Shown here: piece after piece, positions 51,472 through 60,162 of the stretch
Position numbering within the stretch: position 1 is the stretch's first letter
Layout of the letters: every line of letters starts with the position of its first letter
Virus record (IMG/VR): IMGVR_UViG_3300046002_004036
Span: 34,084-98,083 of that record
Strand: one strand, 5' to 3'
Origin: a virus
Length of the DNA stretch: 64,000 nucleotides
Position numbers and translations under genes: made by a program
Notes under the pieces: model-generated
Told to the model about the DNA's origin: nothing
Database searches by the model: none
Seen by the model: only the letters and a program-made list of their open reading frames with translations

Positions 51472-52065
51472 TTAACTCTTTCTTGTTACTTTAAACGCAA
51501 CTTGCTCATTATGGATCTGATTATTATTGCTAGAGTATGCTATAGGCTCATATTCCCAGGAGTACGTATCTAAAAATTCTGAAAAAGCTTTAAACTCATG
51601 ATCCTGCCATGTTTCATAATTAAAAAATTCATCAAACAAAAAAACACAAGTCTCTCCTAGGTAAGGCTCTATAGAGTCTAAAACATATTTTGTAGATGAA
51701 TACAGGTCTGCATCAAAATGAACAAAAGATATATTTAACTCCTCATTTAAAAAATCTAACAGTGTTTCTTGAAATAATCCAACTATGATTGTTGCCTTAT
51801 CTATTTTTGGAATTTTATTTGTAGCAAAAAGTCCTTTTTCAAAATTTGGTCGCCAGTCTTCTGGAAGCCCAAGAAAACTATCAAACCCATACGATTTATC
51901 TGGAAAATGTTTTGAAATTATACCCAATGTTCTTCCTGAAAAAACCCCAAACTCTAAAGCAATACCATCTTTTTTTGCTTTATCTAAAGCACATTTTAAA
52001 GTATTATCTTTATGGTTTGTTTTTTCTGCTTTAAAATAAACACTATCTATAATTTCATTGTTCAT
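51472..52065 (-). CDS. Class I SAM-dependent (TylF/MycF-like) O-methyltransferase
   Basis: LEFGVFSG, GFDSFLGLPEDW, HFDADLYSST, FDE. Confidence 0.85.
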   Translation of the reverse strand: MNNEIIDSVYFKAEKTNHKDNTLKCALDKAKKDGIALEFGVFSGRTLGIISKHFPDKSYGFDSFLGLPEDWRPNFEKGLFATNKIPKIDKATIIVGLFQETLLDFLNEELNISFVHFDADLYSSTKYVLDSIEPYLGETCVFLFDEFFNYETWQDHEFKAFSEFLDTYSWEYEPIAYSSNNNQIHNEQVAFKVTRKS

Positions 52066-52073
52066 TTTTTCCC

Positions 52074-52298
52074 CTAAATAATATAATTTGAAAAACCAAT
52101 AATCTGAATGCCAATTCCTGGGGGATTTGAAGCAGAATATCCTTCAATTCCTATAGTAGTAAATCTAACTCTAAATGGAAGTATTGAATTAATTACCGTC
52201 AAAGGAGCAGAATAACTTATTTGTGTTATTGGATGATTTATGGCTTTAGGAACAGTAGTTCTATTTCTGTAATCATCAATAATTACAGCAGTTGCCAT
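52074..52298 (-). CDS. Hypothetical protein
   Basis: TAATG-coupled 74-aa ORF. Confidence 0.6.
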   Translation of the reverse strand: MATAVIIDDYRNRTTVPKAINHPITQISYSAPLTVINSILPFRVRFTTIGIEGYSASNPPGIGIQIIGFSNYII

Positions 52299-52702
52299 TA
52301 GTCAGTTACATCCTCAATAATTATCATTTTACCCTGGCAAACTGTCCAGACTCTATCCATGTCGCTTAGTTCAACATCAAATACGTCTCCAGTTTGTAGT
52401 TGTTCTGTTTGTACAGAAGTTAAAGAAACTGTAAACTCACCAACTTCATCATTCTCTGTTGCTACGGGAACAATTGTAAAAATAGTTCCAGCAGAATCTT
52501 GTGTAAAATCTCCTGCTGTATCTGGGCGGCGGAATTCACAAAGAATATCCCAATCGGCAATTACAAGAGGATCTTTATTATCATCTGTTGTATAAACTCT
52601 AAATGCAGCAGTATCGCCTCTAACTACCGTCCAACTAACAATTGGTGGTCTTAAACCAACATCATACGCATCTTTTATTTCTTGCCCTCTATAATTAGCC
52701 AT
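52298..52702 (-). CDS. Beta-sandwich virion-type protein (paralog of 58031..58426)
   Basis: WTVVRGD...FD...WT...G shared with its paralog. Confidence 0.65.
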   Translation of the reverse strand: MANYRGQEIKDAYDVGLRPPIVSWTVVRGDTAAFRVYTTDDNKDPLVIADWDILCEFRRPDTAGDFTQDSAGTIFTIVPVATENDEVGEFTVSLTSVQTEQLQTGDVFDVELSDMDRVWTVCQGKMIIIEDVTD

Positions 52703-52785
52703 AGTTCTTTTATTATATCATATATGTAGTCATTTATTTTGTTATCAAAAAGTTATAAATATAACGGACAAAACGGACATTAATG

Positions 52786-52814
52786 TTGTACTGGATAGTA
52801 GATTGTGTTATACT
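52786..52814 (+). promoter_or_regulatory. sigmaA/sigma70-type promoter
   Basis: TTGTAC-17 bp-TATACT with extended TG; followed by hairpin 52820-52840 and AGGAGG RBS. Confidence 0.8.
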
Positions 52815-52863
52815 AGATTATGAGACCAATTAGGTCTCATTCGTTTCTTAGGAGGTAAAAACT

Positions 52864-53409
52864 ATGAGAGAAACAAAAGTGTGGTTTGGGGTATTGTTAT
52901 TGGTGTTTACATCTGCTATTTTTTCAAATAATGCAAATGCTACTACCAAGAATAATTTACTAAATGAAGTAGCCTTGAAGCAATCTACCGCCCCTAAAGC
53001 GGTTTTTTTAGTTTCTAGGGTAAAAATGTTAAAGAAGTATGAAAATGCAGCAACTCTTTCAGACAAAGATTTGGTGCTAGTTTTAAAGGCAGTAGGGTTT
53101 AAAGGACTGGACTTGCAAGAGGCCTGGGCTATAGCAAAAAAGGAATCTAATGGACAACCTATTAGATTTAATGGCAATACAAAAACAGGAGATAGTTCTT
53201 ATGGGCTATTTCAAATTAATATGATTAGTGATCTAGGTCCAGAGCGTCGTGATAAGTTTAACCTTAAAACAAATTCTGATTTATTGAATCCCGTCATAAA
53301 CGCAAAAATTGCATACCATATGAGCGATGGTGGTAAGAACTGGTCTGCTTGGAAAGGCATAACAGCCAAAACCAAGATGTGGATGAAGAAGTTCCCACAC
53401 AACATTTAA
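52864..53409 (+). CDS. Secreted lytic transglycosylase (SLT/lysozyme-like)
   Basis: Signal peptide ending near ANA; AIAKKESNG catalytic Glu; SYGLFQIN; NWSAW. Confidence 0.88.
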   Translation: MRETKVWFGVLLLVFTSAIFSNNANATTKNNLLNEVALKQSTAPKAVFLVSRVKMLKKYENAATLSDKDLVLVLKAVGFKGLDLQEAWAIAKKESNGQPIRFNGNTKTGDSSYGLFQINMISDLGPERRDKFNLKTNSDLLNPVINAKIAYHMSDGGKNWSAWKGITAKTKMWMKKFPHNI

Positions 53410-53411
53410 AC

Positions 53412-53457
53412 AAAATAAAACCCCCCTTGGCTATATGCCTTGGGGGGTATTTTTTTA
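53412..53457. terminator. Bidirectional intrinsic terminator
   Basis: A-tract, CCCCCC-TT-GGC-TATAT-GCC-TT-GGGGGG, then T-tract, between convergent genes. Confidence 0.8.
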
Positions 53458-53467
53458 TCTATGAAGA

Positions 53468-53770
53468 TTATGCGATTTCAACACCTGAGATGTGAAATGA
53501 TACTGTTACTGCTGATGCAAAACCAGCAATAATCTTAGTTGTAGCAAGTACCTGCTTTAGGTCAAAAAATGCTGTTGTATTTGCTGCAATTGCAACTGTC
53601 TTTAGCATATCAACACCGTCAAGTGTAATAGTAAATGTTGCTGCTGTTGCTGCTGAGTTTGCAACTACAATGTTTGTAACAACTGTAGTAGTTGATGATG
53701 GTACTGTGTATAGTGTTGCTGATGATGTTGCTGCTGCTGTACGAGCAAGAGCCTTAGTTGTTGTAGCCAT
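53468..53770 (-). CDS. Small beta-sandwich virion-type protein
   Basis: TLYTVP...NIVVAN...HISGVEI. Confidence 0.65.
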   Translation of the reverse strand: MATTTKALARTAAATSSATLYTVPSSTTTVVTNIVVANSAATAATFTITLDGVDMLKTVAIAANTTAFFDLKQVLATTKIIAGFASAVTVSFHISGVEIA

Positions 53771-53844
53771 TTATTTCTACTTTCTTTTAATAGTCGCGTC
53801 CCCGCTTTTATCGTGGATCACCTATAGTGCAATTATACAGTATT

Positions 53845-54036
53845 TTATTCTTCTGTTGGTGTTATATCTGGTGCTATGAAATTAGTGCCGTCATAGGACC
53901 AGCCAATGCCTGCGGGGTTTTCATCTGTATATTCAATAACGTTATAAATATTTATCTCATTAAAAATTTCAACTGAACTTGCAACTATAATGTTTGTTAC
54001 TTTATTGTCTGAATCAATCATTGCATATTTTTTCAT
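53845..54036 (-). CDS. Small partner protein, copy 3
   Basis: YA...V.NIIV...EYTDENPAGIGWSYDGTNF. Confidence 0.75.
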   Translation of the reverse strand: MKKYAMIDSDNKVTNIIVASSVEIFNEINIYNVIEYTDENPAGIGWSYDGTNFIAPDITPTEE

Positions 54037-54045
54037 TTTTAACTC

Positions 54046-54933
54046 CTAGTAATAAAGGTAGAGAATACCTGCGCCACCAGAACCAGCCGTCACTCCACTA
54101 TATCCACCGCCGCCGCCACCGCCACCTAATCCACCTGTTCTTCCACTTGCAATTGCTGCATAACCACCGCCGCCAGCGCCATTGACTCCAGTTGCTCCAG
54201 CAAATTTGCCTGTGCCACCAACGGTTCCAGCATATCCAGCACCACCACCAATCCATTGTCCATTTCCACCATTGCCATGAGAACCACCGCCACCACCAAC
54301 AAGACCAGTTCCTCCAAGACCATTGCTCACGTTGTAAGCATTTCCATTTGAAGCTGTAAGGTATCCATATCCAGCTCCTCCGCCTCCAGTCCAAGCACCG
54401 TTGTTAGGTGCGCCTGATCCAGAGGAAGAACCTTCTGGAATAGAAGTAATATAAAACCCTAAAGAAGCACCTCCTGCTCCACCGCCCTGTCCTCCAGACC
54501 AGTTAGTTCCTTGACCTCCGCCTCCGCCTGCGGCAGTTCCAGTTGAACTTGGAGCACTGCCTGCTGCACCGCTAGCAGTACCAGAATTTATCCCGCCTCG
54601 TCCCCCAGCGCCACCGCCTCTAGCAACAAGACTACTAAAAATGCTATTTCCTCCGTTAGAAGTTGCAGTTCCACCTGCGCCGATGACTACATAGGCAGAA
54701 GGAAATACAAGACCTTGAACTAAAGAAGCACCTCCACCGCCACCTCCTGATGTAACGCCAGCACCTGAATCATAACCTTGGCCACCTCCACCGCCACCGC
54801 CGACAAGAATAGCGTAAACTTGTGTAATATTTGAAGGAATAGTAACTACTCCAGTAGACGTAATTGTTTGTTGAAGAGTTAATTGAGTTGGATTAAATCC
54901 AGAGGATGCTTCAGGGAATACTGATTGACCCAT
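54046..54933 (-). CDS. Gly-rich domain virion protein, copy 3
   Basis: LVGGGGGGG...VIGAGG...GSGGAGILYLYY. Confidence 0.8.
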   Translation of the reverse strand: MGQSVFPEASSGFNPTQLTLQQTITSTGVVTIPSNITQVYAILVGGGGGGGQGYDSGAGVTSGGGGGGASLVQGLVFPSAYVVIGAGGTATSNGGNSIFSSLVARGGGAGGRGGINSGTASGAAGSAPSSTGTAAGGGGGQGTNWSGGQGGGAGGASLGFYITSIPEGSSSGSGAPNNGAWTGGGGAGYGYLTASNGNAYNVSNGLGGTGLVGGGGGSHGNGGNGQWIGGGAGYAGTVGGTGKFAGATGVNGAGGGGYAAIASGRTGGLGGGGGGGGYSGVTAGSGGAGILYLYY

Positions 54934-55118
54934 TATTTATTCTCCTCTATTGTAGGTGGTATAAAATTAGTACCGTCATAGGTGTAACCAATGTATGCTG
55001 GATTTTCGTCTGTATATTCAACACAGGTTTGCCTTGTTGCTTCTTGTGCTATTTCTAAATTATTGCAAACAATAACATTAATTACTGTATCTCCATTAAG
55101 AACTGCAAAGTATGCCAT
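54933..55118 (-). CDS. Small partner protein, copy 2
   Basis: EYTDENPAYIGYTYDGTNFIPPTIEE. Confidence 0.75.
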   Translation of the reverse strand: MAYFAVLNGDTVINVIVCNNLEIAQEATRQTCVEYTDENPAYIGYTYDGTNFIPPTIEENK

Positions 55119-55133
55119 TTATATTTTCCTTTC

Positions 55134-55946
55134 TTACCAGTAAACAAGCACACAGCCGTTACCGCCTGAGCCACCTGTTTCAGAATCAGCACGGACTACA
55201 CCTGCACCACCAGCACCGATTGTTACTGATGTAAAAGTTGCTGGAACCCAACCCATAATAATGGCACCTGCGCCACCACCGTGACCGCCACCGCCGTTGT
55301 TTGGCACTAAAGCAGTACTCCAAGTTCCCGCACCACCACCGCCACCACCAGAACCGCCGTTAATTCCAGTAGATAGTGCAAGTATTCCTGAACCGCCTCT
55401 GCCAGTACTTGTGTAAGTTGTACCATTGAAAAATGCAGCACCGCCAGTGCCTGCTCCAAGGTTTCCAGCGCTGTTATTTCCACCGCTTGTACCTGCGCCT
55501 CCACCTGGACCATATTGACCAGCGCCACCATTTTTGCCTGCAGTGGTAGCATTACCTCCACCGCCACCGCCTCCAGATGTGCCAAATGAAGAACCAGCAA
55601 CATTTGCGCCGCCTCCACCCGCGCCAAATGCATATAAATATTGAGAAGCAGTTGTGCTACTGCCATTATTACCAGAACCTAAAAGACCGCCTCCACCTTG
55701 AGCAAATAAACCAGCAGCGTAAGTCATTCCCCCAAAACTAGTTGGTGTTGTTGAGTTGTAAGTTCCACCACCTTGTCCTCCGCCTACAAGAACAACAAAT
55801 ACATTACTTACAGGAAATGTAATTCCTGTTGTAGTAGATGTATAAGTACGTTGCAAAGTTACGCCAGAAGGCACTTGCGTAGGCAATTGTGCGCCACTGC
55901 TTGCACTTGTTGCACTTGTTGCTTCAGGAAATACTGATTGACCCAT
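55134..55946 (-). CDS. Gly-rich domain virion protein, copy 2
   Basis: MGQSVFPEA start; ends GSGGNGCVLVYW. Confidence 0.8.
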   Translation of the reverse strand: MGQSVFPEATSATSASSGAQLPTQVPSGVTLQRTYTSTTTGITFPVSNVFVVLVGGGQGGGTYNSTTPTSFGGMTYAAGLFAQGGGGLLGSGNNGSSTTASQYLYAFGAGGGGANVAGSSFGTSGGGGGGGNATTAGKNGGAGQYGPGGGAGTSGGNNSAGNLGAGTGGAAFFNGTTYTSTGRGGSGILALSTGINGGSGGGGGGAGTWSTALVPNNGGGGHGGGAGAIIMGWVPATFTSVTIGAGGAGVVRADSETGGSGGNGCVLVYW

Positions 55947-55948
55947 GA

Positions 55949-56128
55949 TTATTTCTCCTCTATTGTAGGTGGTATAAAATTAGTGCCGTCATAAGTGTAG
56001 CCAATACCAGCGGGGTTTTCATCTGTATATTCAACACAGGTTAGTCCAGTTACTTCTTGAGCAATTGTTTGTGTTTCAGCAAGAATGGTATTGATTACTA
56101 TTCCATTTTCAATTACTGCATAATTCAT
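55949..56128 (-). CDS. Small partner protein, copy 1 (59 aa, not in ORF track)
   Basis: Hand translation MNYAVIENGIVINTILAETQTIAQEVTGLTCVEYTDENPAGIGYTYDGTNFIPPTIEEK; AGGAG RBS. Confidence 0.85.
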   Translation of the reverse strand: MNYAVIENGIVINTILAETQTIAQEVTGLTCVEYTDENPAGIGYTYDGTNFIPPTIEEK

Positions 56129-56137
56129 TTTATCTCC

Positions 56138-57082
56138 TTAGAATCGTAATACATAAACAACACCAGCGGTACCATTTCCGCCTGCGTTGCTACCAGATTG
56201 ACTAGCATTTGCACCTTGTCCGCCTCTACCTGCTCCACCTGCAAAACCAGAAGTTACAGAAGCACCAGCACTTGCTCCACGTGTGCCACCACCGCCTCCA
56301 CCAGTAGTTGCATTTATTACCCAAGGAGCAGTCAATGTATTAGCAATACCAGGTCCTCCACTTGCAGATCCAGATGCACCGCCTCCACCTTGTCCTCCTG
56401 TAGTGTTAATTGTTCCTCCAGTAGCAGTTCCACCCGTGTAAGTAGCACCGCCACCCGCACTTAAAGAACCAAATGTAGTAGTTCCTCCTGAAGTTCCGTT
56501 GCTGCCGCCATTGTTTCCAAAGTTAGGTGCTCCTGCTCCACCTGTTCCAAAAGATCCAATAGTTACAGAAATTGATCCCGTTAGTTGTACAAGTCCGTAA
56601 CAAATAGAACCACCACCTCCACCATTACCTCCACTTGCAAAAGTAGTATTGTTCCACCCGCCTCCGCCGCCACCGCCTCCGCCGCCAACACACACAACAT
56701 AACCAATTCCAGTTCCTGTATAAGTACCTGATGATGTAATTATATCAAGAGTTCCAGTAACTGAAGATACGGGGTTTCCAGTAAGTGTTGCAGAAATTAC
56801 AATAGACGAACCAGTATTAACATAATAGCCAATTCTTGTTGCTGCAGTTGCAAGATTGAAAGTAACTGTTCCAGATGCTGTTGTTGCACTTCCAATATAA
56901 GTTGTTCCATTCCAAAAATCAACAACCGCAATTGATCCAGACGCACAAGTAATTGTATAGGTACCTGCTGCAAAGGCATTCGTTCCATTGTACATAGTGT
57001 TTGCACTTGTTGCGGTAAAGGTTTGTGCAATTGTTGAAGCCGCTGCTGCACTAGCAGCTATTGGGAAGACTGTATTTGCCAT
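56138..57082 (-). CDS. Gly-rich domain virion protein, copy 1
   Basis: CVGGGGGGG...VTIG...GGNGTAGVVYVLRF. Confidence 0.8.
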   Translation of the reverse strand: MANTVFPIAASAAAASTIAQTFTATSANTMYNGTNAFAAGTYTITCASGSIAVVDFWNGTTYIGSATTASGTVTFNLATAATRIGYYVNTGSSIVISATLTGNPVSSVTGTLDIITSSGTYTGTGIGYVVCVGGGGGGGGGGWNNTTFASGGNGGGGGSICYGLVQLTGSISVTIGSFGTGGAGAPNFGNNGGSNGTSGGTTTFGSLSAGGGATYTGGTATGGTINTTGGQGGGGASGSASGGPGIANTLTAPWVINATTGGGGGGTRGASAGASVTSGFAGGAGRGGQGANASQSGSNAGGNGTAGVVYVLRF

Positions 57083-57093
57083 TGTTATTTCTC

Positions 57094-57159
57094 CTATATT
57101 GTTGGATATTTGAATATGTCAAGGTCAGCTGCTTCCACTGGAAAATCTCTGCGACCCAT
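57094..57159 (-). pseudogene. 21-codon remnant or mini-ORF heading the Gly-rich array
   Basis: MGRRDFPVEAADLDIFKYPTI*EK*; its 3' end matches the array junction with GAG changed to TAG. Confidence 0.5.
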
Positions 57160-57215
57160 TAGTTAGTCCTTTGTTAAAATAAAGCGGTAGCCTTATAAAC
57201 ACATTATAACATATA

Positions 57216-57944
57216 TTAAGATACAGAGATATAGACAGATTTAATCATTGCTTCACATGGATTATCTGTTCTTATTTGTGGTATTGCTCCAAAAGATTGT
57301 ATTTTTTGATCCTCAACAAAAACGGTCTGCTCAATAGAAAAATCATAGTCATACTGGTATTTTAAGTTTCCTACATAGGACAATGGAGATATAGAATCAT
57401 TGTCTAAAAATGTTTTAAACCAAACCTCAGTATTTGTTGTATATGTGGTCAAGGATACGTTATAACGAATTGTTACTATTGCTCCAACATTTAAGGTTTT
57501 AAAGTTTAACTTCTGTGTAGATTTGTTCCATAAAGAAACATTGCCTTTAGGTAAATAAGCCTCTTGTGTATTACTTGATGTGCTATTTAGTAAAAGGTTA
57601 ACCCAACCATCTTCACCTTCATTAATTCCAGTTCTTTCTTGTTTAGGATATTTATTTTCATAATATCCCCAACCAATCATCTGTTCAGAAGGAGATGCTA
57701 AACTTTTACCATTAATTCCATTTTTACCATCTTTGCCATCTATACCTGGATCGCCTTTATCGCCTTTTAATCCTTGTATACCCTGTAAACCTTGTGGGCC
57801 TATTTCTCCTTTAGGACCTCGCTCACCTGTGGGCCCAGGTACTGGAAGAAATAAAAATTGACCATCACTGTCTTGAGACTGTTCTACTTTAGTAGCGTAT
57901 GTAGATTTTTTAATTGGCGAGTCCATACTTTTGGATACAGCCAT
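57216..57944 (-). CDS. Collagen-repeat protein
   Basis: G-x-y run [11 protein letters not shown]...GKNGING. Confidence 0.85.
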   Translation of the reverse strand: MAVSKSMDSPIKKSTYATKVEQSQDSDGQFLFLPVPGPTGERGPKGEIGPQGLQGIQGLKGDKGDPGIDGKDGKNGINGKSLASPSEQMIGWGYYENKYPKQERTGINEGEDGWVNLLLNSTSSNTQEAYLPKGNVSLWNKSTQKLNFKTLNVGAIVTIRYNVSLTTYTTNTEVWFKTFLDNDSISPLSYVGNLKYQYDYDFSIEQTVFVEDQKIQSFGAIPQIRTDNPCEAMIKSVYISVS

Positions 57945-57950
57945 AAGGTG

Positions 57951-58034
57951 TTACTTCTTTACTTTAAATATTGTCCCGTTTATCTTAATGATAGGTGGGA
58001 GTTTAATGTTTGTGTCATTAATTTTAATTATCAT
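57951..58034 (-). CDS. 27-aa basic microprotein
   Basis: MIIKINDTNIKLPPIIKINGTIFKVKK; ATGA-coupled and fills the gap. Confidence 0.55.
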   Translation of the reverse strand: MIIKINDTNIKLPPIIKINGTIFKVKK

Positions 58035-58426
58035 AAAACACTCACAGGTGTAATATCTCCAAGAACACAAATTGTTCCAATTACTGGAGTCCAAGTTATT
58101 GTTGTATTTCCGTCTGGAACTGTTGCTTGTAAATCAAAAGAAAGTTCTGATACTACTGATTTATATTTTGTTCCCCAATTTGCTGTAGTTTCTGCTGGAG
58201 CTGTAACTGTCACAACGCTATTAGCTACTGTTACTGGAAGGTCATCTAAAACGTCTGATGTTGGATCATAAGCTGTTGCAGAGTATGTCCAGCCATCTGT
58301 ATCAAATTCTGTAACTTCGTCATTTTCAAGAAGGGATACTGTAAATGAGGCAGAATCACCACGAACCACAGTCCATTGTATATTTGCTGGGGTGGCCCCA
58401 AATTTTTCTATTGTAGGTGAGCACAT
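58031..58426 (-). CDS. Beta-sandwich virion-type protein (paralog of 52298..52702)
   Basis: WTVVRGDSASF. Confidence 0.65.
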   Translation of the reverse strand: MCSPTIEKFGATPANIQWTVVRGDSASFTVSLLENDEVTEFDTDGWTYSATAYDPTSDVLDDLPVTVANSVVTVTAPAETTANWGTKYKSVVSELSFDLQATVPDGNTTITWTPVIGTICVLGDITPVSVL

Positions 58427-58454
58427 ATCATTGATTATACCATAATAAATAGGA

Positions 58455-58502
58455 TTGACTCCTAGGGGCAGTGGGGTGGGTAGAGAGCAACCTAGGAGCC
58501 AA
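58455..58502 (-). ncRNA. Putative small hairpin RNA with C-rich loop
   Basis: 12-bp stem TTGGCTCCTAGG/CCTAGGAGTCAA with a G-U pair on the minus strand; TGTTATAAT immediately upstream. Confidence 0.4.
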
Positions 58503-58705
58503 CCATTATGATTATAACATTATATTATAAATTAACCAGGGTATATGAATTTTAATTGTTATCAAATTGTTATATTAGTAATAGTACCAAATGTCCACTT
58601 TATACCAATAGGCCAGAGTATTGATAGTGTATACTTAAAATATATAAAGAAAAGAATAACTAACTAGTAAGGTTTTTAAGATATCTTATATATTATATAT
58701 AGTAG

Positions 58706-58990
58706 TTATTTAGAGCGAGAAACATATTCAAGCAATATCTCATACATATGATCTAGTTTATCACTAGTTGCTTTTCTCAATTGCTTTGCTTCTTCTTGTT
58801 CCGCTTTAATTGCCCTAATTTCATCACGCATGCTGGTTCCGCCGTTAGTTTTGGTTTCGGCACGAATATCGCAAACCGCTTCGTGTATAGGCTTGATCTG
58901 GACTTTAATATACCAACGAATTCCGCTAAGTAAAATTCCCCCGATTGAGAGTAATGTAAGGACAAATCCTGCCCATTCGGTTGCGGTCAT
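58706..58990 (-). CDS. Membrane protein (holin-like or lysis accessory)
   Basis: N-terminal TM helix, NGGTSMRD motif, coiled coil. Confidence 0.6.
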   Translation of the reverse strand: MTATEWAGFVLTLLSIGGILLSGIRWYIKVQIKPIHEAVCDIRAETKTNGGTSMRDEIRAIKAEQEEAKQLRKATSDKLDHMYEILLEYVSRSK

Positions 58991-59179
58991 AATAAGATAA
59001 TTATATCATTATATAATATTAAAAAATACAAGTTCGCACGATATAAGTCTTCGCCAATTTTTAAATTCGCCGAAATAGAGGGTATTAAACCACCTATGTA
59101 CAAACCCTGCATTACACATGCAAATATGTACAATATACGGTGTATGGACATATAAACCTTTCTACGCTACAATTGGATA

Positions 59180-59800
59180 ATGGTAGATAGCATCAAAGAT
59201 ATTCTGAAAATATTTTTAATTGAGAAGTTACGGCTTCATCACATGTTATACCGACTGCCTGCGATATCTGAATTCCTGGAAGAATTAATTGCTGAGGTTT
59301 TGCAGGAAAACGGATACCCAAATGACTGGAAGCCAAATCGCTCACATACTGTATCTAAAGACCTCACGTTGCTCGGTTCAAAAGACCTAACGCTAAATGA
59401 GGGAAAGTCTTTTTCAATTAAGTCTGGTATTTATGATCCAAAAAAGAAAACCCTAAAATTTTCGGGGAGTAGATTAGGAAAACACGACACAATAGAATCT
59501 ATGGTAGAAGCAATAGAAGATACTCATGCAGATTTCTACATATGCCTTGCAAAAGCCCCAGAAGACTGGTCTAATATACCAGGAAAGGCAGATCCTAAGT
59601 GTTATTACCTATTTGTATTTGAAGCCTCTAAATTAGACTATAATGGCCAATGGGGTGTGAAAGAATCTAAGAAAGGTGGTTTTAAATACGTGATAGATAA
59701 ACCAGGCTTTCATGCTAAAATATCTGCGTCAATGTCATATCAACTCTGGACTACCGTGGATTGTTCTATTATAGGCGATCCAGAGAGAATTGTTGTTTAA
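59180..59800 (+). CDS. Putative PD-(D/E)xK restriction-like endonuclease
   Basis: EFLEE...KDL...FSIKSG fits an E...D...SxK catalytic pattern. Confidence 0.5.
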   Translation: MVDSIKDILKIFLIEKLRLHHMLYRLPAISEFLEELIAEVLQENGYPNDWKPNRSHTVSKDLTLLGSKDLTLNEGKSFSIKSGIYDPKKKTLKFSGSRLGKHDTIESMVEAIEDTHADFYICLAKAPEDWSNIPGKADPKCYYLFVFEASKLDYNGQWGVKESKKGGFKYVIDKPGFHAKISASMSYQLWTTVDCSIIGDPERIVV

Positions 59801-59997
59801 TGTCAGATGATGTTTCTTTTGGTGATTGGTTAAAACCTTCTACGCCTAGAGCTAGTGAGGAATTGTCTCAATACCGTTTGAAAATATGTCAAAGCTGTGA
59901 ATTTTTTTCTAAGTCATCCCGCTGCAAAAAGTGTAAATGCTTTATGAAACTTAAAACCGAGCTAGCCGATGCTAGATGTCCTATCCATAAATGGTAA
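59800..59997 (+). CDS. Six-Cys metal-binding protein (paralog of 13703..13975)
   Basis: RLKICQSC...CKKCKCFMKLKTELADARCPIHKW; TAATG-coupled start. Confidence 0.75.
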   Translation: MSDDVSFGDWLKPSTPRASEELSQYRLKICQSCEFFSKSSRCKKCKCFMKLKTELADARCPIHKW

Positions 59998-60012
59998 ATA
60001 ACTTTTTGTTAT

Positions 60013-60162
60013 TTAACAGTTACAAACCTCATCGCCACAAACACAGCTAGATTCTATAGGGGTTTTACATGTACAGCTATCTCCACATGTATCAGATAGT
60101 AGTTTAAGTTCTAGGTTTTCTTGATCTGTACCCTGCATTTTATTAAATTCTGATATATCCAT
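60013..60162 (-). CDS. Metallothionein-like Cys-rich microprotein, 49 aa
   Basis: Hand translation MDISEFNKMQGTDQENLELKLLSDTCGDSCTCKTPIESSCVCGDEVCNC; TATACT 6 nt upstream of the ATG. Confidence 0.65.
   Translation of the reverse strand: MDISEFNKMQGTDQENLELKLLSDTCGDSCTCKTPIESSCVCGDEVCNC

Noticed and set aside
54098-54394. Trp/Arg-rich 98-aa ORF resembling an antimicrobial peptide
   Set aside because: It is the shifted frame of GGT/GGC/GGA glycine runs in 54046..54933.
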